In this document: piece by piece, positions 22,194-32,024 of the stretch
Numbering within the stretch: the stretch's first letter is position 1
How the letters are laid out: each line of letters starts with the position of its first letter
Source of the DNA: an uncultured Pseudomonadota bacterium
GTDB lineage: Bacteria; Pseudomonadota; Alphaproteobacteria; RF32; CAG-239
Direction: 5' to 3'
DNA length: 64,000 nucleotides
Assembly: GCA_902761535.1 (NCBI GenBank)
Contig: CACWKS010000002.1
Location: 270,611 to 334,610, forward strand
Program-made: the position numbers and the translations under genes
Notes under the pieces: generated by a model
What the model was told of the DNA's origin: nothing
Database searches by the model: none
What the model saw: only the letters and a program-made list of their open reading frames with translations

Positions 22194-25100
22194 TTACTCT
22201 CTTTCACTACCATTTTGTTGTCTTACGGGACTATTTAGCGCATTATTATTTTGCGATGAAGGTGCTTTATTATTTGTATTATCGTCCTTACCATTTCTAC
22301 CGCTCAGTCTGCTTAATGCTGCTGCACCAACAAAACCTGCTACTAATCCTCCTCCGGCAACAACCGCACCTGTAAGACCATCTTTACTGCTTTCATTAGT
22401 AAAATTTCCGTCCAACTCCGGATTTGAAACAACGGTAGAATCTGCAACGGAAATATTAGAATCAGCCAATAATCCGGCATCAGCCAACTTCTCGGTAGTA
22501 GTTCCACTAATCGAATCGGCCACTCCTTCACCTGAGTTTCTTGCAGCACCTCTTAAAGCATTTATTTTATCTTGAGCTGCAGAAGTCTTATTATCGGTAT
22601 TGCCCTGTTGTAAATGCTCTCGAGAACCTCCTTGCGCTGTTGATCTAGCAATTCCTTTATCGGATTGATCGCGACTTTGAGTAGAATCTGCATGATTATT
22701 TGCTTCATTCTTCGATTGTACTGCACTTTCTTGATTAATTAACTGTTCGGTTCCGGTCAAATTGCCGCTTGCATCAAAATTACTACGCACTGCACTAATC
22801 TCCGCACCTTTATCATTATATTGATGATTGATAGTACTGTAAGAACCGTCACGATTGATAATTTTATCACTTTCAATCTGCCCGTTCTCCGATACCACCG
22901 TTTCTTGATGATAAGGCTTGCTATCATCTGCATAATTATCCGTGGTAATAATTGTTTTACCTCCAATAACTTCCTGAACTTGTTGATAATCAACACTTTG
23001 TCCGTCAGCAGAACGAATGATGTCAGTAGAACGAACAAAATTATCATCTTTATCATAAATATTCGTTTGTTCGGCTATTATGTTTCCATCGGCATTTTTC
23101 GTAGTTGCAATATCAGCTACTTGCCCGCTTGCCTCATCAATCTTTGATGTCCATTCGGTCTTTGATACCAAATTTCCGTCAGCATCTTCCCGAATTTCCG
23201 ATATCGGATTATTATCTTTATCCGCTACATATTCGGTGCTTCCCAAACAATTACGATTTCCGTCATATTCCATAGTATGAACAACATTATTACCAGAAGG
23301 ATCATAAGTAAAAAGCTTGTCTTGATGAAGTGTCAAATTACCATCTTTATCATAATAATCACTGGTTTCTTTTTGCTCATGTTGTGCATTTTCCCAAACA
23401 TCATTTTTAACACTTCCACCATCTTCGGTCGGAGAAATAACAACATCATGATGTTCAACCAATACACCATCGGCTCCGAATTTATCAACCATTTGGAAAG
23501 TCTCATTATTTTCCACCACTGTACGTGTATAAGCAGTTAAATCACCATTATCCGTCGAAACTGTTGTGATTTCCGGCTTAACATCTTCAAATACGATTCC
23601 CCGTGCATTGACCTCAGCAAGATTTTCAGACAGCGAGCCGACAGTCTCGGAAACCTCTCCAACACTTTCTGATACCCCCCTAGCCGCATCCATCACATCT
23701 TTAGATACAAATACCCCATTGGGCACAACCGGTCTGTCCTCAACAACAGTTTCTTGAATTACGACAACTCGTTCTCCATGACCATAATGATGAGCGTAAG
23801 GATGACCGCCATGCATTGCAGCGTTTATATCAGGAGTATTCATGTCTCTCATCACAGGTGCTGCTTCTCCTTGATAGACCATACCTTTCATTATATCTAT
23901 TGCATCTCCTTGATAGACCATACCTTTCATTATATCTATTGCATCTCCTTGATAGACCATACCTTTCATTATATCTGTTGCTTCTCCTTGATAGTCCATA
24001 TCTCTAGTATATCCAGCTGTTTCTTGATTTTGACCATAAGTCATCGAATCTCCAAATGCGGCAGAAAAATTAATACCTCTCGTATTTTCCGGATTGGAAA
24101 CCAAATTATTTACAGCTCGAACTTGTGCCTCTTGGTAAGATGTAGAGTAAATATTTTTTGTTTCTGAGAAACTTCCTGACGCAGCCGTTCTGTGACCGGC
24201 TGAATTTATGCCATTTCCACCGGCACTACCGCCTTGACTGCTTCCTTGATTGGCTGAATTTACGCCATTACCGCCGGAAACACCGCCTTGACTGCTTCCT
24301 TGATTGGCTGAATTTACGCCATTACCGCCGGAAACACCGTTTTGACCGCTTCCTTGGTTGGCTGAACTTCCGCCATTACCGCCGGAAGCGCCGTTTTGAC
24401 CGTTTCCTTGACCGACTGAACTTCCGCCATTACCGCCGGAAACACCATCTTGACCGCTTCCTTGATTGGTTGAACTTCCGGCATTTTCACCGGCTGTACC
24501 GCCTTGACTGTTTCCTTGACCGACTGAACTTCCGGCATTTTCACCGGCTGTACCGCCTTGACTGCTTCCTTGATTGGCTGAATTTACGCCATTACCGCCG
24601 GAAACACCGTCTTGACTACTTCCTTGATTGGCTGAACTTCCGCCATTTCCACCGGCACTACCGCCTTGGCTGCTTCCTTGGTTGGCTGAACTTCCGCCGG
24701 CTTGACTATTTGTATTATTATTGTCGAAAACACCGTCTTCTTCAGCCGCATTTTCAATTTGTCCACCAGTACTACCGTCTTGGTTATTTTCATGACCGGC
24801 ATAACTGTTTTCTTCACTGTTTTGCCCAACATCATTGCCTTTAACATCTTCAACCATTGTTGATTGATTTGAACTTTCCGCCGTCATATTACTATCTAAC
24901 CCCATATCGGTACCGGAAACAAAATCACTGTCAGTTAAATAGTTATCTTGTATACCATAAATAGTACTGGCAACATGTGACATATTTGTCACATTATCTG
25001 AACCGGAGGCAATCTGCTCTCCTCCGCCAAAAGAAAGTGCACCGCTTTTCCCTAACATAATAGCTCCACCGGTAACCAAAGCCTGACGCCAAACTTTCCA

Positions 25101-26828
25101 TTTATCTTTACCTTTCGGCGGAACTCTTTTACCGGTCCTTTTATCTAAAGGACCTTGCAATCCGTCACCCAATCTGCCGAGTGTTGCTGTAAGTGCCAAA
25201 GGAAGTCTGACCGCCATTGCATTTTGCATTTTTTGTGCAATCGGATTATTGGCCATCCCCGGTAAACTTGCTGTCAATCCGACTGTTGCTACCGTACTTG
25301 CCAACACGGACGCACCTTGAGCAATAACTTTAAGCTTGTTTTGTTTACAATACTGCTTAAAAGACAATTTTTCTTTGGTATAAGGATTATAACGCTCATT
25401 CTTAAAATCTTTAATCATTTTTCGTGTCGAAACAAAAGCACTTTTTGCTGCCACATAGGTAAACACAAAAGGTGCAACCTTCGGAGCAACATATGCAAAT
25501 CCAGCCATTGCTGCCATAGTTCCGAATGTAGTTAATGCCGGACATTTATCCGCAAGCTTTTTATAAGCTTGATCACCTTTTTTATACAACTTTATGAATG
25601 GATTGCTCGGCTTTTTAAGACTTTTTTGCAAATCTTTTGTCTGTTGTTTATAACTGTCAAAACGATATTTATGACAATCGCAAACCGCCGCAAAAACTTC
25701 TTGTTTTATAGTCGGATTTGTCTGTGCGTAATTGTAAAAATCATCACTCCCCTCTTTAGTAAGTTCCCTGATATCTGCTTGTATCTTTAATTTTTCTTCA
25801 TGCGAAAGTTTTTTATAATCAAAATTTTCCCCTTGTTTTTCTTTTAGTTGTTGTGCCTTATCATAAGCATATTGCGTAGCCAATAATTCCAATTCAAAAG
25901 CTCCTTTGGCAGTTATAATACTACCTTTATAGCTTTTCTTTTTCTCATCTTCCTCAGCACTTGAGAAATTTTTATCACTTAATAGTTCAAGAGTTGCATC
26001 ATTTTTAATTAAGTCCTCAAAAGCCAACTGGAAATCAGAATTTACCAAATCTAAATCGGCAAGTTTTGTATCATATAATCTTTCAACACTTACCCCGAGC
26101 TTCAACTCTTTACTATCAACCAAACCCTCTTGTTCAAATTGATTGATTTGCTCAATAACTTCTTCACACCTTGCCAATTCTTCTGCGTTTTCAGGAATAA
26201 CAATCCCCAAAAGCTTATTTTCTTGTTCCTTAGCATTGCCGGCTGTAAAATGATTTAATTCAATTCCTCGATTATAGGCATAATCAGCGACGTCCCTTTT
26301 ATGAAAATCATAAACAGCTTTTGCTACATCCCAAGATATATTACCAGAAAAATTAGCATCATACTTATCCTTATAAGTTTCACGAATTTTTGCAATATCG
26401 GTGATATCTTCCCCGGGAAATTCGTTTCTGAACAACTGTAATAACTTCAAATCATCTGCTATTTCTTTATTTTTGTCATTAAAAATATCTTTATAACCAT
26501 CATTTTTATTCGGATCTTCGTAAAAAGATTTACTCGCTTGTAATTTCGCTAATTCATCAAATCCCTCATATCCGTTATTAATCGGATCATAAATAATATC
26601 CGTATAACTTAATTTGCTCACATCACTGTCGCTTAAATCAAAAGTTTTCTCACCATTTATGATTTCATCATAATACTTTCCATTTTTAGCCATTTCATCC
26701 GCATAACTTTTTCCTGCATCAGTCAAAAAATCTTCTAAAGTTTTATCTTTATTTTCTTGCCTCCAAGCTTCATATGCCAGCCAGGCTTCCCACCCCAAAG
26801 CTCTCAAACTATCTTCTGTCCACGCCAT
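22194..26828 (-). CDS. giant repeat-containing protein (1544 aa), putative surface/effector protein, unknown family
   Basis: continuous ORF; no signal peptide; internal hydrophobic hairpin-like segments, G/S/N/Q-rich 18-aa tandem repeats, 13-aa repeats, YD/RHS-like dipeptide repeats, C-terminal Gly-rich hydrophobic anchor. Confidence 0.7.
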   Translation of the reverse strand: MAWTEDSLRALGWEAWLAYEAWRQENKDKTLEDFLTDAGKSYADEMAKNGKYYDEIINGEKTFDLSDSDVSKLSYTDIIYDPINNGYEGFDELAKLQASKSFYEDPNKNDGYKDIFNDKNKEIADDLKLLQLFRNEFPGEDITDIAKIRETYKDKYDANFSGNISWDVAKAVYDFHKRDVADYAYNRGIELNHFTAGNAKEQENKLLGIVIPENAEELARCEEVIEQINQFEQEGLVDSKELKLGVSVERLYDTKLADLDLVNSDFQLAFEDLIKNDATLELLSDKNFSSAEEDEKKKSYKGSIITAKGAFELELLATQYAYDKAQQLKEKQGENFDYKKLSHEEKLKIQADIRELTKEGSDDFYNYAQTNPTIKQEVFAAVCDCHKYRFDSYKQQTKDLQKSLKKPSNPFIKLYKKGDQAYKKLADKCPALTTFGTMAAMAGFAYVAPKVAPFVFTYVAAKSAFVSTRKMIKDFKNERYNPYTKEKLSFKQYCKQNKLKVIAQGASVLASTVATVGLTASLPGMANNPIAQKMQNAMAVRLPLALTATLGRLGDGLQGPLDKRTGKRVPPKGKDKWKVWRQALVTGGAIMLGKSGALSFGGGEQIASGSDNVTNMSHVASTIYGIQDNYLTDSDFVSGTDMGLDSNMTAESSNQSTMVEDVKGNDVGQNSEENSYAGHENNQDGSTGGQIENAAEEDGVFDNNNTNSQAGGSSANQGSSQGGSAGGNGGSSANQGSSQDGVSGGNGVNSANQGSSQGGTAGENAGSSVGQGNSQGGTAGENAGSSTNQGSGQDGVSGGNGGSSVGQGNGQNGASGGNGGSSANQGSGQNGVSGGNGVNSANQGSSQGGVSGGNGVNSANQGSSQGGSAGGNGINSAGHRTAASGSFSETKNIYSTSYQEAQVRAVNNLVSNPENTRGINFSAAFGDSMTYGQNQETAGYTRDMDYQGEATDIMKGMVYQGDAIDIMKGMVYQGDAIDIMKGMVYQGEAAPVMRDMNTPDINAAMHGGHPYAHHYGHGERVVVIQETVVEDRPVVPNGVFVSKDVMDAARGVSESVGEVSETVGSLSENLAEVNARGIVFEDVKPEITTVSTDNGDLTAYTRTVVENNETFQMVDKFGADGVLVEHHDVVISPTEDGGSVKNDVWENAQHEQKETSDYYDKDGNLTLHQDKLFTYDPSGNNVVHTMEYDGNRNCLGSTEYVADKDNNPISEIREDADGNLVSKTEWTSKIDEASGQVADIATTKNADGNIIAEQTNIYDKDDNFVRSTDIIRSADGQSVDYQQVQEVIGGKTIITTDNYADDSKPYHQETVVSENGQIESDKIINRDGSYSTINHQYNDKGAEISAVRSNFDASGNLTGTEQLINQESAVQSKNEANNHADSTQSRDQSDKGIARSTAQGGSREHLQQGNTDNKTSAAQDKINALRGAARNSGEGVADSISGTTTEKLADAGLLADSNISVADSTVVSNPELDGNFTNESSKDGLTGAVVAGGGLVAGFVGAAALSRLSGRNGKDDNTNNKAPSSQNNNALNSPVRQQNGSERE
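23862..24000. repeat. tandem 39-nt repeat x3-4 (encodes DIMKGMVYQGDAI)
   Basis: near-identical 39-mers tccttgatagaccatacctttcattatatctattgcatc visible in plus strand. Confidence 0.8.
24185..24700. repeat. tandem 54-nt repeat x about 9 (encodes NQGSSQGG(S/T/V)(A/S)GGNG(G/V)(S/N)SA)
   Basis: lines 24241-24300 and 24301-24360 nearly identical; period 54 nt within giant ORF. Confidence 0.85.
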
Positions 26829-26950
26829 AATTTTATCCCCCGATTAGTTTAACTCATAATCTAAATTTACCACAATTTTGTCTAAATAGCAACATATTTT
26901 TTATTATAAAATACTTTTTTTAACAATAAATTAAAAAAACAACTAAATAC

Positions 26951-26986
26951 AAAAAAATACTGCCGATTTTCAGCAGTATTTTTTTT
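26951..26986. terminator. rho-independent terminator downstream of tRNA-Thr (bidirectional)
   Basis: A7, stem atactgc/gcagtat, T8. Confidence 0.6.
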
Positions 26987-27000
26987 ACTTTCAAAAAAAC

Positions 27001-27076
<76 letters not shown>

Positions 27077-27112
27077 AACCGACAAAACACCACTCTTTTA
27101 TTCCATATTTTT

Positions 27113-28381
27113 TTATTTGGCAAGCTTTTTTATACAATTAACAAAATCCTCGCCTCTTGCTTCAAAATTCTTATACATATTATAACTCGGTGCCGCCGGC
27201 GATAATATTATCCATCCGCTTTTTTTACTCATCTTCCAAGCCTCAGCAACCGCCTCGTCCATATCTGCTGCATTTATGACCAAAACCCCCTTAATTTTTG
27301 CTGCTTGACCTAATCTTACACCGGTATCCGGCAAAGTTATCAAACTAACCCTTTCGCCTAATTGTGCCAAATATTCTGCCAATTCCTTATAATCTTGTCC
27401 GCGGTCAAAACCTCCTGCAATCAATATAAGTTGCTGTCCCTTATCTAATGCCTTCAATGCCGCAATTGCCGTTTCCGGAGTGGTTGAAATACTATCGTCA
27501 ACAAAAGTCCTTTCATCTTTTTCCGCTACAATTGTCAATCTGTGCGGTAAAGCTTTGAAACTTTTGAAAGCTTCTTCACACTCTCTTAAATTCTCGCCCG
27601 TTAATTTTATCGCACTCAACACTGCACAGGCATTTTCGGCATTATGATCACCTAACAGCGGCAATACATCTTTTGCAAACAACCTCTGCTCGCCGTCATA
27701 AAAACTTCCGTTTTGCAAATGTATCCCGTTATCATTATTAAACCACTCAGCCGCCACGCCTTTTGTCATTTCCATAATTCGTTTATCTTTAAAATTAAGC
27801 AGTTTAGTTTTTGCCTGAGTTATCATATGCAATTTATCAGCCCAATAACGCTGATGACTGCCGTGCCATTGCAAATGCTCGGGATATAAGTTCAACAGGA
27901 TTCCTATATCGGCTGATCCTTGACAATCAGCACATTGATAACTCGACATTTCTGCAACCGCCCAATCCGCATCACTGTCAACCAAATCCACCAACGGACG
28001 CCCGATATTTCCCCCTAATTCGACTTTTTTACCTAATTCTTGCAAAGTATGATATAACAAAGCCGAAGTTGTGCTTTTGCCTTTAGTTCCGGTAACGGCA
28101 ATCACTTTCAGTTTATCCGGTTTATTGGCAAAAAACAAATTTGTTCCCGATGTAACAACTATTCCGTTTTCAACCGCCTTTTTTATTTCATCACGATACA
28201 GGCTCACCCCCGGCGATTTTATCAAAACCTGACATTTTGCAATATCTGCCGTGTTATCCTCGTTTATATTCACTATCTCAAATCCGGAACAATGCTTGGC
28301 TATTGCTTGCGATGCCGCCAAGCCTTCTTTACCTTGTCCCCATATACCGATAACTTTATTGTCTAAATTCTGCCATAACAT
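27113..28381 (-). CDS. Mur ligase, MurD family (UDP-MurNAc-L-Ala:Glu ligase); possibly MurD2-type
   Basis: full-length MurD architecture: N-terminal Rossmann IGIWGQGKEG, GTKGKSTT P-loop, MSSYQ, HRLT, C-terminal SPAAPSYNMYKNFEARGEDF; stand-alone (not in a dcw cluster). Confidence 0.8.
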   Translation of the reverse strand: MLWQNLDNKVIGIWGQGKEGLAASQAIAKHCSGFEIVNINEDNTADIAKCQVLIKSPGVSLYRDEIKKAVENGIVVTSGTNLFFANKPDKLKVIAVTGTKGKSTTSALLYHTLQELGKKVELGGNIGRPLVDLVDSDADWAVAEMSSYQCADCQGSADIGILLNLYPEHLQWHGSHQRYWADKLHMITQAKTKLLNFKDKRIMEMTKGVAAEWFNNDNGIHLQNGSFYDGEQRLFAKDVLPLLGDHNAENACAVLSAIKLTGENLRECEEAFKSFKALPHRLTIVAEKDERTFVDDSISTTPETAIAALKALDKGQQLILIAGGFDRGQDYKELAEYLAQLGERVSLITLPDTGVRLGQAAKIKGVLVINAADMDEAVAEAWKMSKKSGWIILSPAAPSYNMYKNFEARGEDFVNCIKKLAK

Positions 28382-29669
28382 TCTTAAATCTCTTTGGTAT
28401 TAAATGCTGATGATTGGGAATAAACAAGCCGAGATTTTTCTGATAAACTTTTGGTGTCAGATTTTTAACGATATAATCATTTTGCCATTCCGGTCTTTGT
28501 GCCAGCTGTTCCAATGCCCAATTTGATTCCTTAAATTCGCCCACACATTCAAAAGGTTTATGCCCGCTCAAACCCAACAATTCTCGATAATTATCAATTT
28601 GTGTAACATCATCTAAAGGATTTTTTCCCACAATCTCAATTAATTTTTGTTTATCCATAAACGGAGCCAATATCAAAAATACAAAACGACATTTGTCACA
28701 ACTGCCGCACCAATGATTCAGTCTTTTATTCTCATCTAACTTAAAAGCCTTATTACAGCTGGTAAAAATATCAAAATAATCTCCGCATTTTTGTGTAAAC
28801 AGCTTGGCAATATGAATTTCACTGATCGGGCGCAATAATGAAAAATAGCGAAAATCCGGTGTAATCTTTTGCGTCAGTTCATAAAAATCCTTTTCAAAAT
28901 CAAATGATTTACTGTATTGATGATTGATTTTAACTCCGTCATAAGTCATATTTCCCGATGAAGCCGAACGCTCACAACTCATCACCACATATTTCTTTTC
29001 ATAAATTATTGCCGCTGTCCAAAGCATAAAAGCTAAAATACCGGTTATCGGCACATGCCCGTTATAAACTTTTCCGCTTTCATTAAGTTTCAGCAATTCC
29101 GGTGCTATCTGACGTTTTACGATAATTTTGGGATTACCGGCTCTGTCCATCACCTCGGCAATCGGTTTAGGATACCCGCAAGCGATTGTTGTTGCTTTAA
29201 TATTCATATCTTTTAATAACTTTAACGCCAAACAGGAATCTTTTCCTCCGCCGATCGGTACCAAAGTCTCATCATCCAATTTTATACTGTAAGTTTGACG
29301 TCTGGCATCTTCGCTGTATGGAAAACTGATTTTATCAAAAAAATGCAAGCTGTTACGCACCGCAAACTCGCCCAAACCGTTAATATAAAATTTTCGGAAA
29401 AATTCAGCTTCAGCTTTGGTCAATGTATAAATATCCGTAACCGTTTTTTTAGGCAAAAAAGCTTTATAATAACTTATTCCCGCAGCCAAATGCCAATAAC
29501 GCAAAACTTGAGTTAATGCTTTTTTTTGATTTTCACTTAATACAAACGGTGCTCCCGGAAATTTAAATTTCTCGGTAAAATCATAAATTTCATCAACAGC
29601 ATAGCCGAATTCAACCTCACCGTTTTCTAACGAAAAATTTATACTCTTAAAGTGAAATTCATCATACAC
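28356..29669 (-). CDS. PP-loop (SGGxDS-type) ATP pyrophosphatase-family protein with C-terminal Cys cluster; candidate MurL-like epimerase partner of MurD
   Basis: PIGGGKDS motif; WCGSCDKCRF cysteine cluster; overlaps MurD-like start by 26 nt (translational coupling). Confidence 0.45.
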   Translation of the reverse strand: MYDEFHFKSINFSLENGEVEFGYAVDEIYDFTEKFKFPGAPFVLSENQKKALTQVLRYWHLAAGISYYKAFLPKKTVTDIYTLTKAEAEFFRKFYINGLGEFAVRNSLHFFDKISFPYSEDARRQTYSIKLDDETLVPIGGGKDSCLALKLLKDMNIKATTIACGYPKPIAEVMDRAGNPKIIVKRQIAPELLKLNESGKVYNGHVPITGILAFMLWTAAIIYEKKYVVMSCERSASSGNMTYDGVKINHQYSKSFDFEKDFYELTQKITPDFRYFSLLRPISEIHIAKLFTQKCGDYFDIFTSCNKAFKLDENKRLNHWCGSCDKCRFVFLILAPFMDKQKLIEIVGKNPLDDVTQIDNYRELLGLSGHKPFECVGEFKESNWALEQLAQRPEWQNDYIVKNLTPKVYQKNLGLFIPNHQHLIPKRFKNVMAEFRQ

Positions 29670-29681
29670 CGCTATTATCCT

Positions 29682-32024
29682 TTATTTTTCAGCCTGATGC
29701 AATACGATTTGCGTAAACGGAATTTCAATTCCCTCTTCTTCAAAACGTTTATTTATGGCAAAACGCACATCGCTGGGCGTTGTCCAACCGCTCCAAATAT
29801 CATTGACATAAAACCGCACTTCAAAATCCAAACTGCTTGATCCGAAATCTTGGAACAATACATAAGGTGCCGGCTTTTTAGAAACTTTAGGATGCGAAGC
29901 CGCACATTCCAACAAGACTTTTTTAACCTTGTCAACATCTGTTCCGTAGGCAACCCCGACCTTAACTCCGTAACGAGCCCAACTGTTTTGGTGAGTAAGA
30001 TTGGTAACCGAATTTGATAAAACTTTAGCATTGGGAATTATCAGGCTGGCGCGATTAAAAGTTTCAATTTCGGTTGAACGAATATTAATCTGTTTAACCT
30101 GACCTTCTTCGCCGTTTATAATTACCCAATCCCCGACTTTTATCGGCCGTTCAAACAACATGATAATGCCGGAAACAAAATTATTGACAATATCTTGCAA
30201 ACCAAGTCCGATACCTACCGATAATGCGCCGGCGATTAAAGCGATGTTGGTAAGGTTGCCTCCCATAATCGCAATCGCCAACAAGGCCGATAACACATAA
30301 CCTATATAAGCAAAACCCGAAGCCAATGAATGTTTGGTTCCTGTATCAATCGAAGTTTTTTCCAATAATTTAAACTCGATTCGGTCTTGCAAAAATCTTA
30401 TCAACCACAAGCATAATACAAAGGCTAAAATTCCCCAAAATATCGAAATCAGAGAAATTTTTACTCCGCCGACCGTAAAACCGGAAACAGCTTTATAAGC
30501 AATGTTTTGCAACACATCAATCGGCATTCCCCATAATATCAACAATCCGGTGATTAAAGCCAGCACCATCAGCGGTTCAACTGCCAATCCAAACCAAAAA
30601 TCAACTTTACGCAGAAAAATACGACGGACCCGAAAACTCTTCACCCACAAAGCCATAAATAAAACTCTTCTCGCCACATCATAGAAAAAGCGCCGTAAAA
30701 TTGAATAAGCAAATATTGCTATCAACGACAATAATGTTCGATTAACCGCAAAAAATGCCAATCTTGCATAACCGCAAAAAGCCAAACCTATCACCACTGC
30801 CGCAAACAAGGTAACCAATACCCCTATACGTGATGCTCTGGCCTTAGCAGCTGATGCGGCTTCATCACTTTCTTTCTTGTCATTATCACTGGTAAAATAA
30901 ATATAAGCCAACCACACCATACAAACGGCTCTAACCGTTGCAGACAAGGCCATTAAATATGCCAACAGCTCTATCGAATAATTTTGCTTGGCTACAATCG
31001 CCAACAAAATTGAGAATATACCCACCGTATAAATTGTAAAGTTAATAGCCTTAAACAAACGCTTGGCTTTATAAGTTGACATATTTATCAACCGCCATTT
31101 CTCGTTATAAGGCGTCAAAACAACACGCGCAATTGCCCGTCCCATAATCACAAACAACACATAATATAAAGTTGTCCGCAACACCATTTTAAGCAAATCA
31201 TTATTCCAAAATGCAATCTGATTAAGATGAAACCAACAATATAAAACTATTGCTGTGGGAATAATCCCGTAAGCACACCACACCGATACCGAGGCTGCAA
31301 TCTTATTTCCCAAACGAATATTTTCCAATTCTTTGCGATAGCCCCAACGTTCTATCATCCAACGCCTTAAATAATACCCTACAATTGCAATAACGATTAA
31401 TAGGCTCAAAAACTTGAATACCGCCACTCCGAAACCGGAATTTTTATCTTCTTTATACTCATCATATGCCGAAACCGGTGATTTAACAATATCAGCTAAT
31501 AATCCTACCAATTCACGATTAACCCGCCACAACACTGCAGGGTTAATCAACCGCAAATCAGATTTCAGCATATTACCCCACAGCATTTGATTACGTGCTT
31601 CAAAAATACGCAAATTTATCTCTTCGATTTTGGCCAAAAGTATATCTATTTCCGATAATCTTGCTTTTTCATCTTTCAATTCGGCACTGAATTCTTTACG
31701 CTTTTGGGCTATAACTTTTGACTCACCGGTTTCCTCGTTTTTATCGCCTAAAGCATCCAATCTTTTTTCTATAAGTTTTACTTCCAAATCAATATTTTGG
31801 CGTGATGAAATAAGAAGCGAAAAAGTCTCGTTCAGATACGAAGTTTTTTCGACCAAAGCTCTTATATCGGGAGCACTTTCTTTGGTCATAGCTTCAATAG
31901 ATTTAAGCTGAGCCGATATTTCTTTATAACTCAGCTCATCACCCAAATTATCGACATAACTATTTTGCGCCCAAGCATTGCTCCATAATAAAATTGCAAT
32001 AAAACAAATAATTAACTTCTTCAT
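29682..32024 (-). CDS. mechanosensitive channel, MscK/KefA-like (MscS family with large N-terminal periplasmic coiled-coil domain)
   Basis: signal peptide, long coiled-coil region, about 11 TM, conserved MscS core ...DWVIINGEEGQVKQINIRSTEIETFNRASLIIPNAKV. Confidence 0.85.
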   Translation of the reverse strand: MKKLIICFIAILLWSNAWAQNSYVDNLGDELSYKEISAQLKSIEAMTKESAPDIRALVEKTSYLNETFSLLISSRQNIDLEVKLIEKRLDALGDKNEETGESKVIAQKRKEFSAELKDEKARLSEIDILLAKIEEINLRIFEARNQMLWGNMLKSDLRLINPAVLWRVNRELVGLLADIVKSPVSAYDEYKEDKNSGFGVAVFKFLSLLIVIAIVGYYLRRWMIERWGYRKELENIRLGNKIAASVSVWCAYGIIPTAIVLYCWFHLNQIAFWNNDLLKMVLRTTLYYVLFVIMGRAIARVVLTPYNEKWRLINMSTYKAKRLFKAINFTIYTVGIFSILLAIVAKQNYSIELLAYLMALSATVRAVCMVWLAYIYFTSDNDKKESDEAASAAKARASRIGVLVTLFAAVVIGLAFCGYARLAFFAVNRTLLSLIAIFAYSILRRFFYDVARRVLFMALWVKSFRVRRIFLRKVDFWFGLAVEPLMVLALITGLLILWGMPIDVLQNIAYKAVSGFTVGGVKISLISIFWGILAFVLCLWLIRFLQDRIEFKLLEKTSIDTGTKHSLASGFAYIGYVLSALLAIAIMGGNLTNIALIAGALSVGIGLGLQDIVNNFVSGIIMLFERPIKVGDWVIINGEEGQVKQINIRSTEIETFNRASLIIPNAKVLSNSVTNLTHQNSWARYGVKVGVAYGTDVDKVKKVLLECAASHPKVSKKPAPYVLFQDFGSSSLDFEVRFYVNDIWSGWTTPSDVRFAINKRFEEEGIEIPFTQIVLHQAEK

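Noticed and set aside
24185-24700. Possible CRISPR array suggested by regular repeats
   Set aside because: The repeats are contiguous with no spacers, in frame within a long ORF, and encode low-complexity protein; this is not a CRISPR.
24158-24844. 228-aa plus-strand ORF with HRLDCFLDWLNLRHYRRK repeats (and the small ORFs 24314-24853)
   Set aside because: It is the antisense reading of the 54-nt tandem array inside the giant minus-strand gene; the repeats keep any frame open.
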